Origin: an uncultured Chlamydiae bacterium
GTDB lineage: Bacteria; Chlamydiota; Chlamydiia; Chlamydiales; JAJFMA01
Assembly: GCA_963713615.1 (NCBI GenBank)
Contig: CAVQMM010000001.1
Location: forward strand, 1,440,001-1,504,000
Direction of reading: 5' to 3'
Length of the DNA stretch: 64,000 nt
The translations under genes were made by a program, and so were the position numbers. Below, piece after piece: positions 43,787 through 53,493 of the stretch. The notes beneath the pieces were generated by a model. The model searched no databases and was not told the DNA's origin. It saw nothing but the letters and a program-made list of their open reading frames with translations. Every line of letters starts with the position of its first letter. The stretch's first letter is position 1.

Positions 43787-44030
43787 ATGTTTAAGTCTGC
43801 CTTTGCTTATGATGAAGAGGTCATTTTCTACTTTGATCTTTTGGGAAATAAATATGTTGCACAAGGAGGAAGTCTTGCCTGGCGTTTAAATAACCCTGGA
43901 TTGGTCAGAAGTCGTTCTCATTTTGCTAGAAAAAACGGATCTATTGGATCTTATACGGGATTTGCTATTTTTTCTTCTCCTCAACAGGGAAGGAAGGCTC
44001 TAATAGACTTGGTAAGAACGAAAAAATATT
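43787..44030 (+). pseudogene. RxNNPG-motif protein truncated by ISL3
   Basis: GGSLAWRLNNPG...GSIG...FAIFSS...G..AL; paralogue of 14838. Confidence 0.65.
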
Positions 44031-45414
44031 GGTTCTTGGGAAGAATTGGGGGCGCAGAGCGCAAAGATCAGCTAATACATTAATTTTTTAGGCAAAAAAA
44101 GAGAGGACATAGAAAATCCTATGTTTCGACACAATAGGAGGTTCTCTATGTCCATCTCAAAGGTCTTTTATGCCTTGATCGAAGATAAAAGTGTAGTTTT
44201 TCAAAGCGCAGAATTTCAGTCGGACTATACCATCTTTCACGGTCATCTGCGGCAAAGTGGCAAAAAATGCCCATGTTGTAAGGCTTCCAACGTGCGAATC
44301 AAGGAGACAAAGGAAAGAACTTTTCGAATGCTCAACCTTGGCCAAAAACGGACCTACCTTAAAATGGATTCCCACAAGATCTGGTGCCAGCAATGTAACG
44401 CGATTGCCTGGCTTCAACACCCTTTTACCTCTGGAAAGCTACCGATGACCAAGTCTTTCATCAATTACATCCTTCAGTTAACTGCAATGACAACCCTTCT
44501 TTGCGTAGCACTATTCCTAGGACTGCAATGGAAGACCGTAAAGAACCTAGACAAAGCCAATCTTAGAAAACGTGCAAAGCAATTTTCATTCCGAAAGCTT
44601 CGTTACATTAGCATCGACGAGATAGCAATAAGGAAGGGTCATAAATACATGACAATTTTCACAGACATCGCGACAGGCCAAATTATCCATGCTGTCGCAG
44701 GGAGGGACGAAGAATCACTTAGACCTTTTCTAAAGCTTCTTTCAAAGAAGGCCAAGCGACTTAGGGGCATTGGTATCGACATGAGTGCAGCCTATTCGAG
44801 TTCGATTCAAAAACACCTTCCTCTGGTGCCGATCATTTATGATCGCTTTCATGTTACCAAACTTCTCAATGATACGATCGACAAAATCAGGCGCGCTGAG
44901 TACGCCAAGCACATGAACACGGGTGTAGCGGTAATGAAAGGTCAGCGGTTTCTACTTCTGCGAAATTTTGTGGATCTTGATGATGGACAGAAAAGTAGCC
45001 TTGAAAGACTCCTAGAAGTTAATCACTCATTAGCAGTAGCTCACAGTATGAAAGAACAATTCAGGTTATTTTGGGAGCTTGAATCAAGACAGGAAGGAGC
45101 TAAATTTCTTGGATGGTGGATCATTCAGGCAATTGAGTCTGGGATTGAGCAGTTAGCGAGAACTGCTCGTACACTACTCCATCATTACATGGGGCTCTTA
45201 AGCTACTTCGAACACCGGATAGACAATGGAAAGGCGGAAGGAATCAATAACAAGATAAAGGTTTTGAAGAGACAGGCATATGGCTTTCGAGACCAAGAAT
45301 ACTTTAAGCTAAGGCTATACAACCTCCACAGGAAGGACTATGAATTGGTTGGTTAGACTGGAAGATACTGGGAAAGTGTCTCTGGAGGGCCGCCCCCAAT
45401 TCTTCCCAAGAACC
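44031..45414 (+). mobile_element. ISL3-family element
   Basis: TIRs GGTTCTTGGGAAGAATTGGGGGCG and CGCCCCCAATTCTTCCCAAGAACC. Confidence 0.92.
44148..45356 (+). CDS. ISL3 transposase
   Basis: CPCC zinc finger, IDE...RKGH.Y, IDM, DRFHV, EGINNKIK..KR.AYGFR motifs. Confidence 0.95.
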   Translation: MSISKVFYALIEDKSVVFQSAEFQSDYTIFHGHLRQSGKKCPCCKASNVRIKETKERTFRMLNLGQKRTYLKMDSHKIWCQQCNAIAWLQHPFTSGKLPMTKSFINYILQLTAMTTLLCVALFLGLQWKTVKNLDKANLRKRAKQFSFRKLRYISIDEIAIRKGHKYMTIFTDIATGQIIHAVAGRDEESLRPFLKLLSKKAKRLRGIGIDMSAAYSSSIQKHLPLVPIIYDRFHVTKLLNDTIDKIRRAEYAKHMNTGVAVMKGQRFLLLRNFVDLDDGQKSSLERLLEVNHSLAVAHSMKEQFRLFWELESRQEGAKFLGWWIIQAIESGIEQLARTARTLLHHYMGLLSYFEHRIDNGKAEGINNKIKVLKRQAYGFRDQEYFKLRLYNLHRKDYELVG

Positions 45415-45435
45415 ATATTTTCTCGAGGTATTCAC

Positions 45436-46143
45436 ATGTTTTTAAACAAATCTATATGTATTTTTTGCTGTAGTCTTCTTTGTCTGTGCACTAATGGTCT
45501 TTCTACTGAACCCCATGCTAAATATCCAGAAATTGAATTCAAATATGACTGGCGTGGTTATATCATGGATTTTTTTGGTAGGTGGTATTTTGATGCACCA
45601 ATAACGGAACATCTTAAAAATCAGTTGACTAACCAGCTTCCTGAGTTGATCACTGCTTGGGAAATAAATGCTCCAATACTTTTTGGAGAAGTATTTGCCA
45701 CCTTTAATCGAGGAATTGAAGCTGAAACTAGAATTGGAGTTATTAACTTGAGTCATGGAAGCTCTTACGGTAGTCATCGATTTTTAATTTTTGGATTACG
45801 TTGGCTTCTGGATTCAGAGTGGCCCTATTCGGTGAGTAGAGAAGATGCTTTTTCGGCCCTTGTTTTTCATGAATTATTGCATGTTTGGGTCGATGAAAAT
45901 GTCAATAAGGACCTTTCGTCTATGCTAGCGAAATACAGTAATGAAGAGTTTGATGTTCTTGATCATTTACATTTAATGGCTATCCAAAAAATGGTGTATA
46001 CAAAGATAAATCGTCCGGATGTACTCGAGTATATTGGAGAGTCCTATGCATCATATCAAGGTCCTCTCTATCGTCGTGCCTGGGAAATCGTTAATGATAT
46101 TGAAGGACATGAAGCGTTACTTCAAGATATTGTGATTAAATGA
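45436..46143 (+). CDS. Exported hypothetical protein with HExxH motif
   Basis: Hydrophobic N terminus; VFHELLH. Confidence 0.6.
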   Translation: MFLNKSICIFCCSLLCLCTNGLSTEPHAKYPEIEFKYDWRGYIMDFFGRWYFDAPITEHLKNQLTNQLPELITAWEINAPILFGEVFATFNRGIEAETRIGVINLSHGSSYGSHRFLIFGLRWLLDSEWPYSVSREDAFSALVFHELLHVWVDENVNKDLSSMLAKYSNEEFDVLDHLHLMAIQKMVYTKINRPDVLEYIGESYASYQGPLYRRAWEIVNDIEGHEALLQDIVIK

Positions 46144-46173
46144 TGACCCAAGCTCAGATACGACAAATGGAAT

Positions 46174-47208
46174 CTATTCCCGTACAATTCGATCCGTTAG
46201 GGATGGAATTAAATACTGTATGTCTGCCTGTATGAGAAAATCTTCGTTGCCTAGATATGATGGCAGCCCTAAATCAACTGAAATTATTTTTCCATTTGGA
46301 TTATTATTTTTATACCAACCTAAAAATCCCCTATCGTCATAACTTAACCCAATGCAAATAATATAGTCTATATTACTTAATTGAATCCCCCCTGCTTCCC
46401 TTAGCTCTTTTGCATTAATACGATAGGGCAAAATTCCACTATATTCATGAAGGCAATCTAAGTTTTCAGTCACTATCTTCGTGTTTTTGAATTTTGCTAA
46501 TTTCGTCAGAGCTTTATGTGCTTGTGTTAGGGGGCTAAAGAAACAAGCGTTGTGAAATGTGGAAATTTTTTTTGAAAATTCTTCCGGATTTCGAAAGGCA
46601 TTTTCCAATGAAATGGCAAATTCTTCTCCCTCTTTTAAGCCAAGCAAATCATTTAGTTGAGTCATTGAGGGCACGCCAGAGGCCACAGAAATTCCTGCTC
46701 CTGTATAAAAAAGAATATTTTTATCGGCAATGATTGATAAGATGCCGTCTTCAGTGATCTTTTGAGGTGTCGACTGCTCAAATATACGCCTTTTATCCAC
46801 CAAATAAGATGCGTTATCTGAACCGTGCTCCTTATTCTGTTTTCGAGGTAAATTTATAACTGATGGTTCGTTATTCTTCCATTCATAATAAAAAATATAG
46901 TACTCTTTTCCATTACTATCAACAAATTTACTTTTATCAATAAATAACTTTTTGACTGATTCATCATAGCAGATAGGAATGTCGGCAAATAAAACTTCAA
47001 AATAGACTTCATCCTTTTTACTAATAAAGTGAAAGAAGGCATTTTCTCCGAACTGCCAACACATATCAAGAGATTTAGAGTCAAGTTGCTCGTGGATCTC
47101 ATTAGTGGAAATAACTTCGGGATTAGAGAAAAAGTCTGCTTCTCTTCCATAAGCATTGCACAGGTTAACTGAAACTATCGCGGATAATAGAATTTTGTTT
47201 AAGTACAT
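46174..47208 (-). CDS. Sir2-family domain protein with N-terminal extension
   Basis: YTGAGISVASGVP, T.AH.AL, VTENLD.LHE, ICIGLS motifs. Confidence 0.75.
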   Translation of the reverse strand: MYLNKILLSAIVSVNLCNAYGREADFFSNPEVISTNEIHEQLDSKSLDMCWQFGENAFFHFISKKDEVYFEVLFADIPICYDESVKKLFIDKSKFVDSNGKEYYIFYYEWKNNEPSVINLPRKQNKEHGSDNASYLVDKRRIFEQSTPQKITEDGILSIIADKNILFYTGAGISVASGVPSMTQLNDLLGLKEGEEFAISLENAFRNPEEFSKKISTFHNACFFSPLTQAHKALTKLAKFKNTKIVTENLDCLHEYSGILPYRINAKELREAGGIQLSNIDYIICIGLSYDDRGFLGWYKNNNPNGKIISVDLGLPSYLGNEDFLIQADIQYLIPSLTDRIVRE

Positions 47209-47349
47209 ATGCGTATACTCATTATTTTTGGGAGACAAGCTTAAAAAAAATAGCAGATCTGTCACCGCCTGTCAAATGGAAGGACTGTCAATTTTTCCGG
47301 AATTGTTTTTTGACAAAACGCACTCAAATCGAGCACATGCTCTATATGC

Positions 47350-47434
47350 GGTCAGACGTGACTTATTGACTTCTTGTCTGAAATTTTGGATCTCTCGTGC
47401 GCTAAACATCTATAAGTCACGTCTGACCCCTAGC
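47350..47434 (-). repeat. REP-A doublet (shorter spacer)
   Basis: GGTCAGACGTGACTTAT...ATAAGTCACGTCTGACCCCTAGC. Confidence 0.85.
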
Positions 47435-47435
47435 A

Positions 47436-48610
47436 CTAGCATGAATGAGAGCGAAGATTGCGAAAGTACTCAGCCGCGCTTTCAGATTCTTGAACTGCAA
47501 TTTTTGCTCTGGCAAACATTTCTCTTTCAAATTTCTCTGTCAATCTTGGCCAGTCGATAGGCTTTGATGAGGAGGCTAATAGAATCGTTAGTAATCTGGC
47601 ATCTTCAAGCACATTATTTCCACCTAGCCCTCGTTGTGTGGGCATGGCATGGGCTGAATCTCCCACGAGAGTAACTCTTCCTGTTGGAACCATGGGAAAT
47701 TGTGGAGAGTCAGAAAACTGGTAGTGCGTATGAGCCAAGGCGCCATGATCGCTTCTGCCGGAGTATCGTACACGAGCTTTTTCAAATTCTCATGCCAAGG
47801 TTCATTTTTCATCAACTGCTTACAGTGGTCCAATATTCGCGTGCGACATTGCAATCCTTCATCAAACTGATACCAAGGGGCACTTCAGTCTTCTATTTCT
47901 TCTGAAAATGCCCAAAAAACCGTAGGACTTCTATCGGCCCGTTCTGAAAAGCATACTCCCATGTAATGTGAATTAGGCCCTAGAAAATGAACCAATCCTG
48001 TTTTGTTTAGTGGAAGAAGCGTGTTCCATTCGGGTGTTCGCTCAATCTGTCCTCCTAGGGTGGCGCGAGTACCCTCAATCACATTTGGAATCGATCCAAG
48101 GCCATGTTGGTATACTGATGGTAAGAGTTCTCTTACAGTCGATGCTCCTCCATCGCACCCAACAAGGAGATCCCCAGTGGCATACGAGCCATCTTCAAAA
48201 TGAGCAGTCACTTGGTCGCCATTGTCTTCGAACATGACAAGACACTTGTTCCATTCAATATTGATCCCCTCCTGCAAAAGGCTTCTCAGTTCTGAGCGAA
48301 GGAACGGGACAGCAGCATCTTGCCCTGCTGGAACACTGAAAAAAGGTTCCATTTTTTCATTCGCACAGGTAAAGCCATCACCCACATCAGTAACCTTAGC
48401 CATGGATACCCGGTTCATTTTTTCAGGCGTCAATAGTGCAGCTAGTGCGCTCATTCCCAACGAACGAATTGAAATCCGATATCCTTGAGGTCTGCTTGTA
48501 GGACTTTCATCTCTTTCAAAAACTGTGACATGGAATCCAGCCTTGGCAAGTCCCTGCGCCAAAGCCAATCCACCAAGACCTGCTCCAATTATTAATATTT
48601 TATTTCCCAT
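47436..48610 (-). pseudogene. FAD-dependent monooxygenase, frameshifted
   Basis: IIGAGLGGL, LVGCDG..S.VR, VTLVGDSAHAM....G.GGN..LEDA spread over three ORFs. Confidence 0.85.
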
Positions 48611-49131
48611 TTCTTAGCATTCTCACTACTTAACCATTTAATTTCGGATTCAAGATGAGCAATTCCATATCTCAAAGCTTTGAGGCGAATCATTTTAAGG
48701 GGCGAATCGTTTATACCCTCCAGCCTCTCCTCGATTTGTTTGTATTCTTCGTGTATCTTCTCAACTTTTTCTAATCTTTCCTGAAATAGCCGAATCATCT
48801 CATTTCGATCTGTTACGAAAAAGAGCTTGAGAAGAAACTCATTGCGTGGGGTTTCCTCCCCTGTCGGACTTTCGAACCAAGCCTTAAATTCCATCCGTCC
48901 CATTTCTGTAATAGAAAAGACCTCTTTCTTTTTCTTTCCCACATAGACGATCTCAGAAAGCACCTTTCCTTCCTTTGCCAAAACTTTCAACATCGGATAA
49001 ATTGTCGAATCGGATTCCCTCCAGAAATATACTGTCGATCTTCCCATAAGAGACTTGATCTCATATCCGGTGGTGGGTCCCTCAAGGAGAACCCCCAAAA
49101 TAGCGTATCTTGTTTTATTGACTAATCTCAT
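48592..49131 (-). CDS. PadR-family transcriptional regulator
   Basis: AILG.L..GP.TGYEIK, IYP.L..L, F.ITE.G, FLLKLFF motifs. Confidence 0.9.
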   Translation of the reverse strand: MRLVNKTRYAILGVLLEGPTTGYEIKSLMGRSTVYFWRESDSTIYPMLKVLAKEGKVLSEIVYVGKKKKEVFSITEMGRMEFKAWFESPTGEETPRNEFLLKLFFVTDRNEMIRLFQERLEKVEKIHEEYKQIEERLEGINDSPLKMIRLKALRYGIAHLESEIKWLSSENAKKWEIKY

Positions 49132-49188
49132 AAAAATACCCAGTTACTGGGTATTATGGCATGGCGGGTGATTTTCAGGCAATGCAAA

Positions 49189-49220
49189 GGCTAGGGTCAG
49201 ACGTGGGCTGAAACGAATCG
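49189..49220 (+). repeat. REP-A left end plus orphan MITE TIR
   Basis: GGCTAGGGTCAGACG followed by TGGGCTGAAACGAATCG. Confidence 0.85.
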
Positions 49221-49222
49221 CC

Positions 49223-49562
49223 CTACACTTTTTGATTTAATTCCAATAACCTTGGCTGAAAAGTCATGTTATAAATGTTGATTTGCTCAGGAAACCTATG
49301 TTGTTGGATCCATTCTTTAAAAAATTTATCGGCAACCTGTTTATAGAATTCAGAGATCTGGTAGTCTTTATGGCCTTTGCAGAGATCCGGATTTCCCAGG
49401 CAGAAGGAACCTCCACCCTTAATTTCTTTCCATGTCTTCTTTCCTTTGCCCTTAGACTCTTGTTCCTCCATTACCAGTCGAATACCGCAATCCTGTTTGG
49501 TTTCTTCTTCTTGCAATCCTTTCTCTAAACCAATCTCTTGATAGTGGACACAATATTTACGT
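49223..49562 (-). pseudogene. Diverged copy of the C-terminal repeat domain of 49870-51540
   Basis: Shares HKDYQISEFYKQVADKFFKEWIQQH...NMTFQP.LLEL.QKV; 5' end cut at REP-B. Confidence 0.8.
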
Positions 49563-49668
49563 GGGCTGGGGGTCAGGCTCTATGACACTTGGGCTGGGGG
49601 TCATGGGGGTCAGGCCTGACACTATGACACTTGGGCTGGGGGTCAGGCCTGACACTATGACACTTGTG
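49563..49668 (+). repeat. REP-B stuttered array
   Basis: Four GGGGGTCA-initiated units of variable length. Confidence 0.88.
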
Positions 49669-49869
49669 AGGGTAGTGATCTACAAAGACGGCAAAATAGT
49701 GACCGTGCCGCCCAAATTCAAATACGTACGAGTCCCCATTGACTCCCCTCCTAAAAAATCTGCTTCCCTCAAAAAATCACGTGCATAATCCCAGCGTATG
49801 GTCTGATCTTATATCTCGTGATAAGCAGGTTATCTATGACTTGCCCGCTCTAGCTTCCTGTTAGCTGCG

Positions 49870-51540
49870 CTACACTTTTTGATCTAATTCCAATAGCTTT
49901 GGCTGAAAAGTCATGTTATAGATGCGCATTTGTACAGGAAACTTATGTTGTTGGATCCATTCTTTGAAAAATTTATCCGCAACTTGTTTATAGAATTCAG
50001 AGATCTGGTAGTCCTTATGGCTTTTGCAGATATCCGGATTTCCCAGCCTGAAGGAACCTGCTCCACCCTTAATCTCCTTCCATGTCCTCCGCTTGCCCTT
50101 AACCTCTTGCTCCTCCATTACCAGCTGAATGCCGCGATCCTGTTTGGAGCTTCTCTCTTCTTCTAAACCAATGTCTTTGTAGTGGATACGATATTTACGT
50201 GTACCGTCATCGTCATTATATGCTTTAAGATTTTCATCATAGTAACGCGTACCCGGTAGTTGAGGCGTATCCCGTGCGTTTTCTGGTACAGGCGTGTTTT
50301 GATCTAGGCGGATAGGATTGAAATCTAAACCGAATGCTTTAATTTCTTGGGGAAATGATTGATGTTCAATTTGTTCCTTTAAAAACCGATCGGTTACTTG
50401 GATGTAAAATTCTGTTGCCTGTCCCTTGTTGTTATAGCGTCCGGAAGGATGAGGATCTCCAAGGTAGAAGCAACCTGAGCCTTCAATTTTTTTCCACATT
50501 TCTCCATTGCAAGAACGTTCTTTAATATCTAAACGTTCTTCCATCTCTATTCGAATACCACGCTCATTTTGATGATATTCGCTTTCTTTTCCTTCTTGTG
50601 TTGTTCGAAACTTTCCTTTCATGAAAAGTTCTGTGTAGCGGACACGGTACTTACGCTTTCCATCATCACCATTAAAGCCTTCGAGATTTTCATCATAGAA
50701 ACGATAGTCTGACACCGGGGGCTTTCCACCCTCTTGTTCAATCAGTTCGTGGGATGAAAACTGTCGTAATGGTTGCGGAGAGCCTTTTGGTGGGGTTGCG
50801 GGTGTTGCAGATTGTCGCTTAAAAATAGAAGAATGTTTCATCAGGTTTAAAGAAACCACCAATTTGTCGATTACTTTTTTACCGTCGGCGATGAGGTGAC
50901 TGACTTCTTTTACCTTTGGTTTGCCTAAGTGCATCAAGACTACTTTGTTATGTTTTGTGAAGTAGCATCCTCCTGAGCTTCCTGGAGAGGTATCGCTAAA
51001 CACCATTTGAAATGACGGGTTGGAACTGTTCTCTTTTCCAGCTTTGCTTAAGGAAAATACGGGTTGCCCATCTCTTTGATGAACCAACATGAGTTCTTCA
51101 TCTGGGCGAGCATCTCGAAGTGGCGGAATCGTGACCCAATGGTCAGCGTGATGGCCATCTTGAGGCTTGAGTTGAGCAATGCAATAATCCGTACTTTTTT
51201 CGTAATTCATGAATTCCGCTATTTCAAAACTAAGAGGGGCGTTGCCATCCACGTGAAAGACTACCGACAAATCTCGGGGATGCAAATGCTTCTTCGCAAG
51301 ATGTAAAGGGATGAGCAAACGATCAGGACCGAGCAAAATACCCGATCCTAAAGGTGCGCCGCCGGAAGTGTTAATCTGAGCTCGACAGCGATTGGCATAT
51401 TCAATTGTTTCTTTCCAATGTGGCCATTGGTGAAGAGCCTCATGGTAATCCAGCATCGATGATTTTTCGGAGATTGAAGACTCTTGAGAGACCGTCCAGC
51501 CAGTCAAAGAAGTGGGTGGAAGAGTATTGAGGATTACCAT
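49870..51540 (-). CDS. Trypsin-like serine protease domain with a tandemly repeated C-terminal domain
   Basis: GSGILL...H, DYCI, DTSPGSSGG; YDENL..N.DDG.RKYR repeated twice. Confidence 0.65.
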   Translation of the reverse strand: MVILNTLPPTSLTGWTVSQESSISEKSSMLDYHEALHQWPHWKETIEYANRCRAQINTSGGAPLGSGILLGPDRLLIPLHLAKKHLHPRDLSVVFHVDGNAPLSFEIAEFMNYEKSTDYCIAQLKPQDGHHADHWVTIPPLRDARPDEELMLVHQRDGQPVFSLSKAGKENSSNPSFQMVFSDTSPGSSGGCYFTKHNKVVLMHLGKPKVKEVSHLIADGKKVIDKLVVSLNLMKHSSIFKRQSATPATPPKGSPQPLRQFSSHELIEQEGGKPPVSDYRFYDENLEGFNGDDGKRKYRVRYTELFMKGKFRTTQEGKESEYHQNERGIRIEMEERLDIKERSCNGEMWKKIEGSGCFYLGDPHPSGRYNNKGQATEFYIQVTDRFLKEQIEHQSFPQEIKAFGLDFNPIRLDQNTPVPENARDTPQLPGTRYYDENLKAYNDDDGTRKYRIHYKDIGLEEERSSKQDRGIQLVMEEQEVKGKRRTWKEIKGGAGSFRLGNPDICKSHKDYQISEFYKQVADKFFKEWIQQHKFPVQMRIYNMTFQPKLLELDQKV

Positions 51541-51719
51541 GAGATTGTCCTCGAGACATTGTGAATCATTATCGATAAAGCTAGGATATCTGAGCTTTGA
51601 TCACATCAAAGCTGGTAAATCGACCAAGCTGTAAAATGCACTGTATCGGTAAGCAGCCTATTTCTCAAGAACAGCGTTCAAGCACCAGCACTTAGGCATC
51701 AATTTCCAAGAGTAGTCAA

Positions 51720-52185
51720 GGCTGGGGGTCGGCTGGGGGTCAGGCCTGATACTAGGGGCTGGGGGTCAGGCTGGGGGTCAGGCCTGATACTATGACACTT
51801 GTGTATATAAAATAAGGGGCTGGCGTAGCACAAATAAATTTATGGAAACGGCGCTTGATCTAACCTTCGATGTTATGGAAATGCCAAGCCCACTAGCTAT
51901 TGGCCATGGCCAAAATGAACTCAGCCTTAAGGCCATGCACCTCGCTTCGTAATGCACTAGATTCTTGCATTCTGCTTTCTAACCGTGCTGCGGCCTTGCT
52001 CATACCACTGGCTTCTCGGTACGTCAAGTGTCATAGTGTCAGGCCTGACCCCACCCTCGTCACGTCACGTCAAGTGTCATAGTGTCAGGCCTGACCCCAC
52101 CATAGTGTCAGGCCTGACCCCACCATGACCCCACCATAAGTGTCATAGTGTCAGGCCTGACCCCACCACAGGCCTGACCCCACCA
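51720..52185 (-). mobile_element. Internally deleted RAYT derivative between stuttered inverted REP-B arrays
   Basis: RAYT downstream flank and last codons joined at 52018 to GTACGTCAAGTG (matches the right REP at 26804 onward); one substitution seen versus the parent. Confidence 0.88.
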
Positions 52186-52233
52186 TTGAAATTTCTTGGA
52201 CTCCCTATCGTCCTCAAGGTGGCTTTCCTGAGT

Positions 52234-52252
52234 GCTAGGGGTCAGACGTAGG
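52234..52252 (+). repeat. REP-A variant half (inverted partner at 53418-53436)
   Basis: GCTAGGGGTCAGACGTAGG versus CCTACATCTGACCACTAGC. Confidence 0.7.
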
Positions 52253-52267
52253 GTGTTGATTCAAGTG

Positions 52268-52365
52268 AGGCTTCCAACTCTTGTCGATAGCGGCTTCGGT
52301 TGGGCCGTAGAGTCGGAGGACGACGAAGAACCCTTTGCCAGGCGGCACGGTAGCGAGCCAGTTAT
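52268..52365 (-). pseudogene. DUF1214-like C-terminal fragment
   Basis: Hand translation NWLATVPPGKGFFVVLRLYGPTEAAIDKSWKP. Confidence 0.55.
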
Positions 52366-52513
52366 AGCCGATGAGGATGAAAATACTCCAATAACAAAAT
52401 GCTGGAATAAAATGGCATAAAGCAGCAGAATTATTGTTCTTTTAAACCCTCAATTTCATTGGGTCCAAAGAGAAGCTTTTTTACACAAGAGAAAGGCATG
52501 ATAGATTCTCAAT

Positions 52514-53386
52514 TTGAAACAAAATAAAATGTTTTCTTCAAGTTATTGTCTCACCAACGAACAAATCATTCATTTTCAGCATAAAGGTTTTCTCTTATTG
52601 CCTGATTTTGTTTCAGAACAACTTTGCGAGCAACTTAAAACACGATCTTTACATTTAGTGGAAAAGTTTCAAATACCGGATATTTCAAAAGAAATTGCTG
52701 AGCAAAAAGAAATATTTTCATGGGAAAATTATTACTATAAAAACAATACCAAGGAGTGTTATTTTTTTGAGAAAGAAGCCATGCTGCCTGATGGTTCCTT
52801 AGATAGAGACAAAACGGATGCTATTCAAAAAATTAGCTACGCTTTACATTCTCTTGATCCTATCTTTAATGCATTCTCCTATTCATCTAAAATCGGAAGT
52901 TTGGTCGCTGATTTGGGCCTAAAGAAACCCGCTATCCTTCAATCAATGTATTTGTTTAAACAGCCCAAAATTGGCAGTCCTGTTTTTTGTCATCAGGATA
53001 GCTCTTTTTTATACACCGAACCCGATACATTGCTTGGACTTTGGCTTGCCATAGACGATGCTGTAATTGAGAATGGATGTCTATGGGTTATACCGTCTGC
53101 TCACAGAGAAGCTTTAAAATTTCGTACACTGTTTGATAAGAATGGGAAACAAAACTACACGATCTTAGATGAAAGACCTTGGTCCATGGAAAATATGATT
53201 CCTCTTGAAGTGAAGAAAGGCTCACTAGTTATCTTACATGGAAGAGCGCCTCATATGAGTAAGGCTAACCTTTCGAATAAATCACGCCACGCCTATGCTA
53301 TGCATCTTATGTGCACAGAAAGTTTTTATCCAGAAGATAACTGGCTACAGCCAAAACCGTGTTATGACGCAACTTTTACGCACTAG
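52514..53386 (+). CDS. Phytanoyl-CoA dioxygenase (PhyH) family 2OG-Fe(II) enzyme
   Basis: QSMYLFKQP.IG, HQD, W.AIDDA..ENGCL.VIP, H.S..N.S..SR motifs. Confidence 0.9.
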   Translation: MKQNKMFSSSYCLTNEQIIHFQHKGFLLLPDFVSEQLCEQLKTRSLHLVEKFQIPDISKEIAEQKEIFSWENYYYKNNTKECYFFEKEAMLPDGSLDRDKTDAIQKISYALHSLDPIFNAFSYSSKIGSLVADLGLKKPAILQSMYLFKQPKIGSPVFCHQDSSFLYTEPDTLLGLWLAIDDAVIENGCLWVIPSAHREALKFRTLFDKNGKQNYTILDERPWSMENMIPLEVKKGSLVILHGRAPHMSKANLSNKSRHAYAMHLMCTESFYPEDNWLQPKPCYDATFTH

Positions 53387-53493
53387 ACTCGTAAAAACTG
53401 GATTAAAATTTTGCAAACCTACATCTGACCACTAGCATTTCTGGATTTGAAGGTTTACAGAGTAAGATTATCTTACTAAGGCGGGGTTCCTCA

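Noticed and set aside
44023..45422. ISL3 target-site duplication
   Set aside because: Only ATATT matches on both sides and the interrupted gene does not resume on the right, which suggests an adjacent deletion
52020..52185. CRISPR array from repeated GTCAGGCCTGACCCCACC
   Set aside because: No unique spacers; the units are nested truncations of one REP
43003..53436. Integron cassette array
   Set aside because: No IntI and no attC-type RYYYAAC...GTTRRRY sites recognised; genes are in mixed orientation and often truncated
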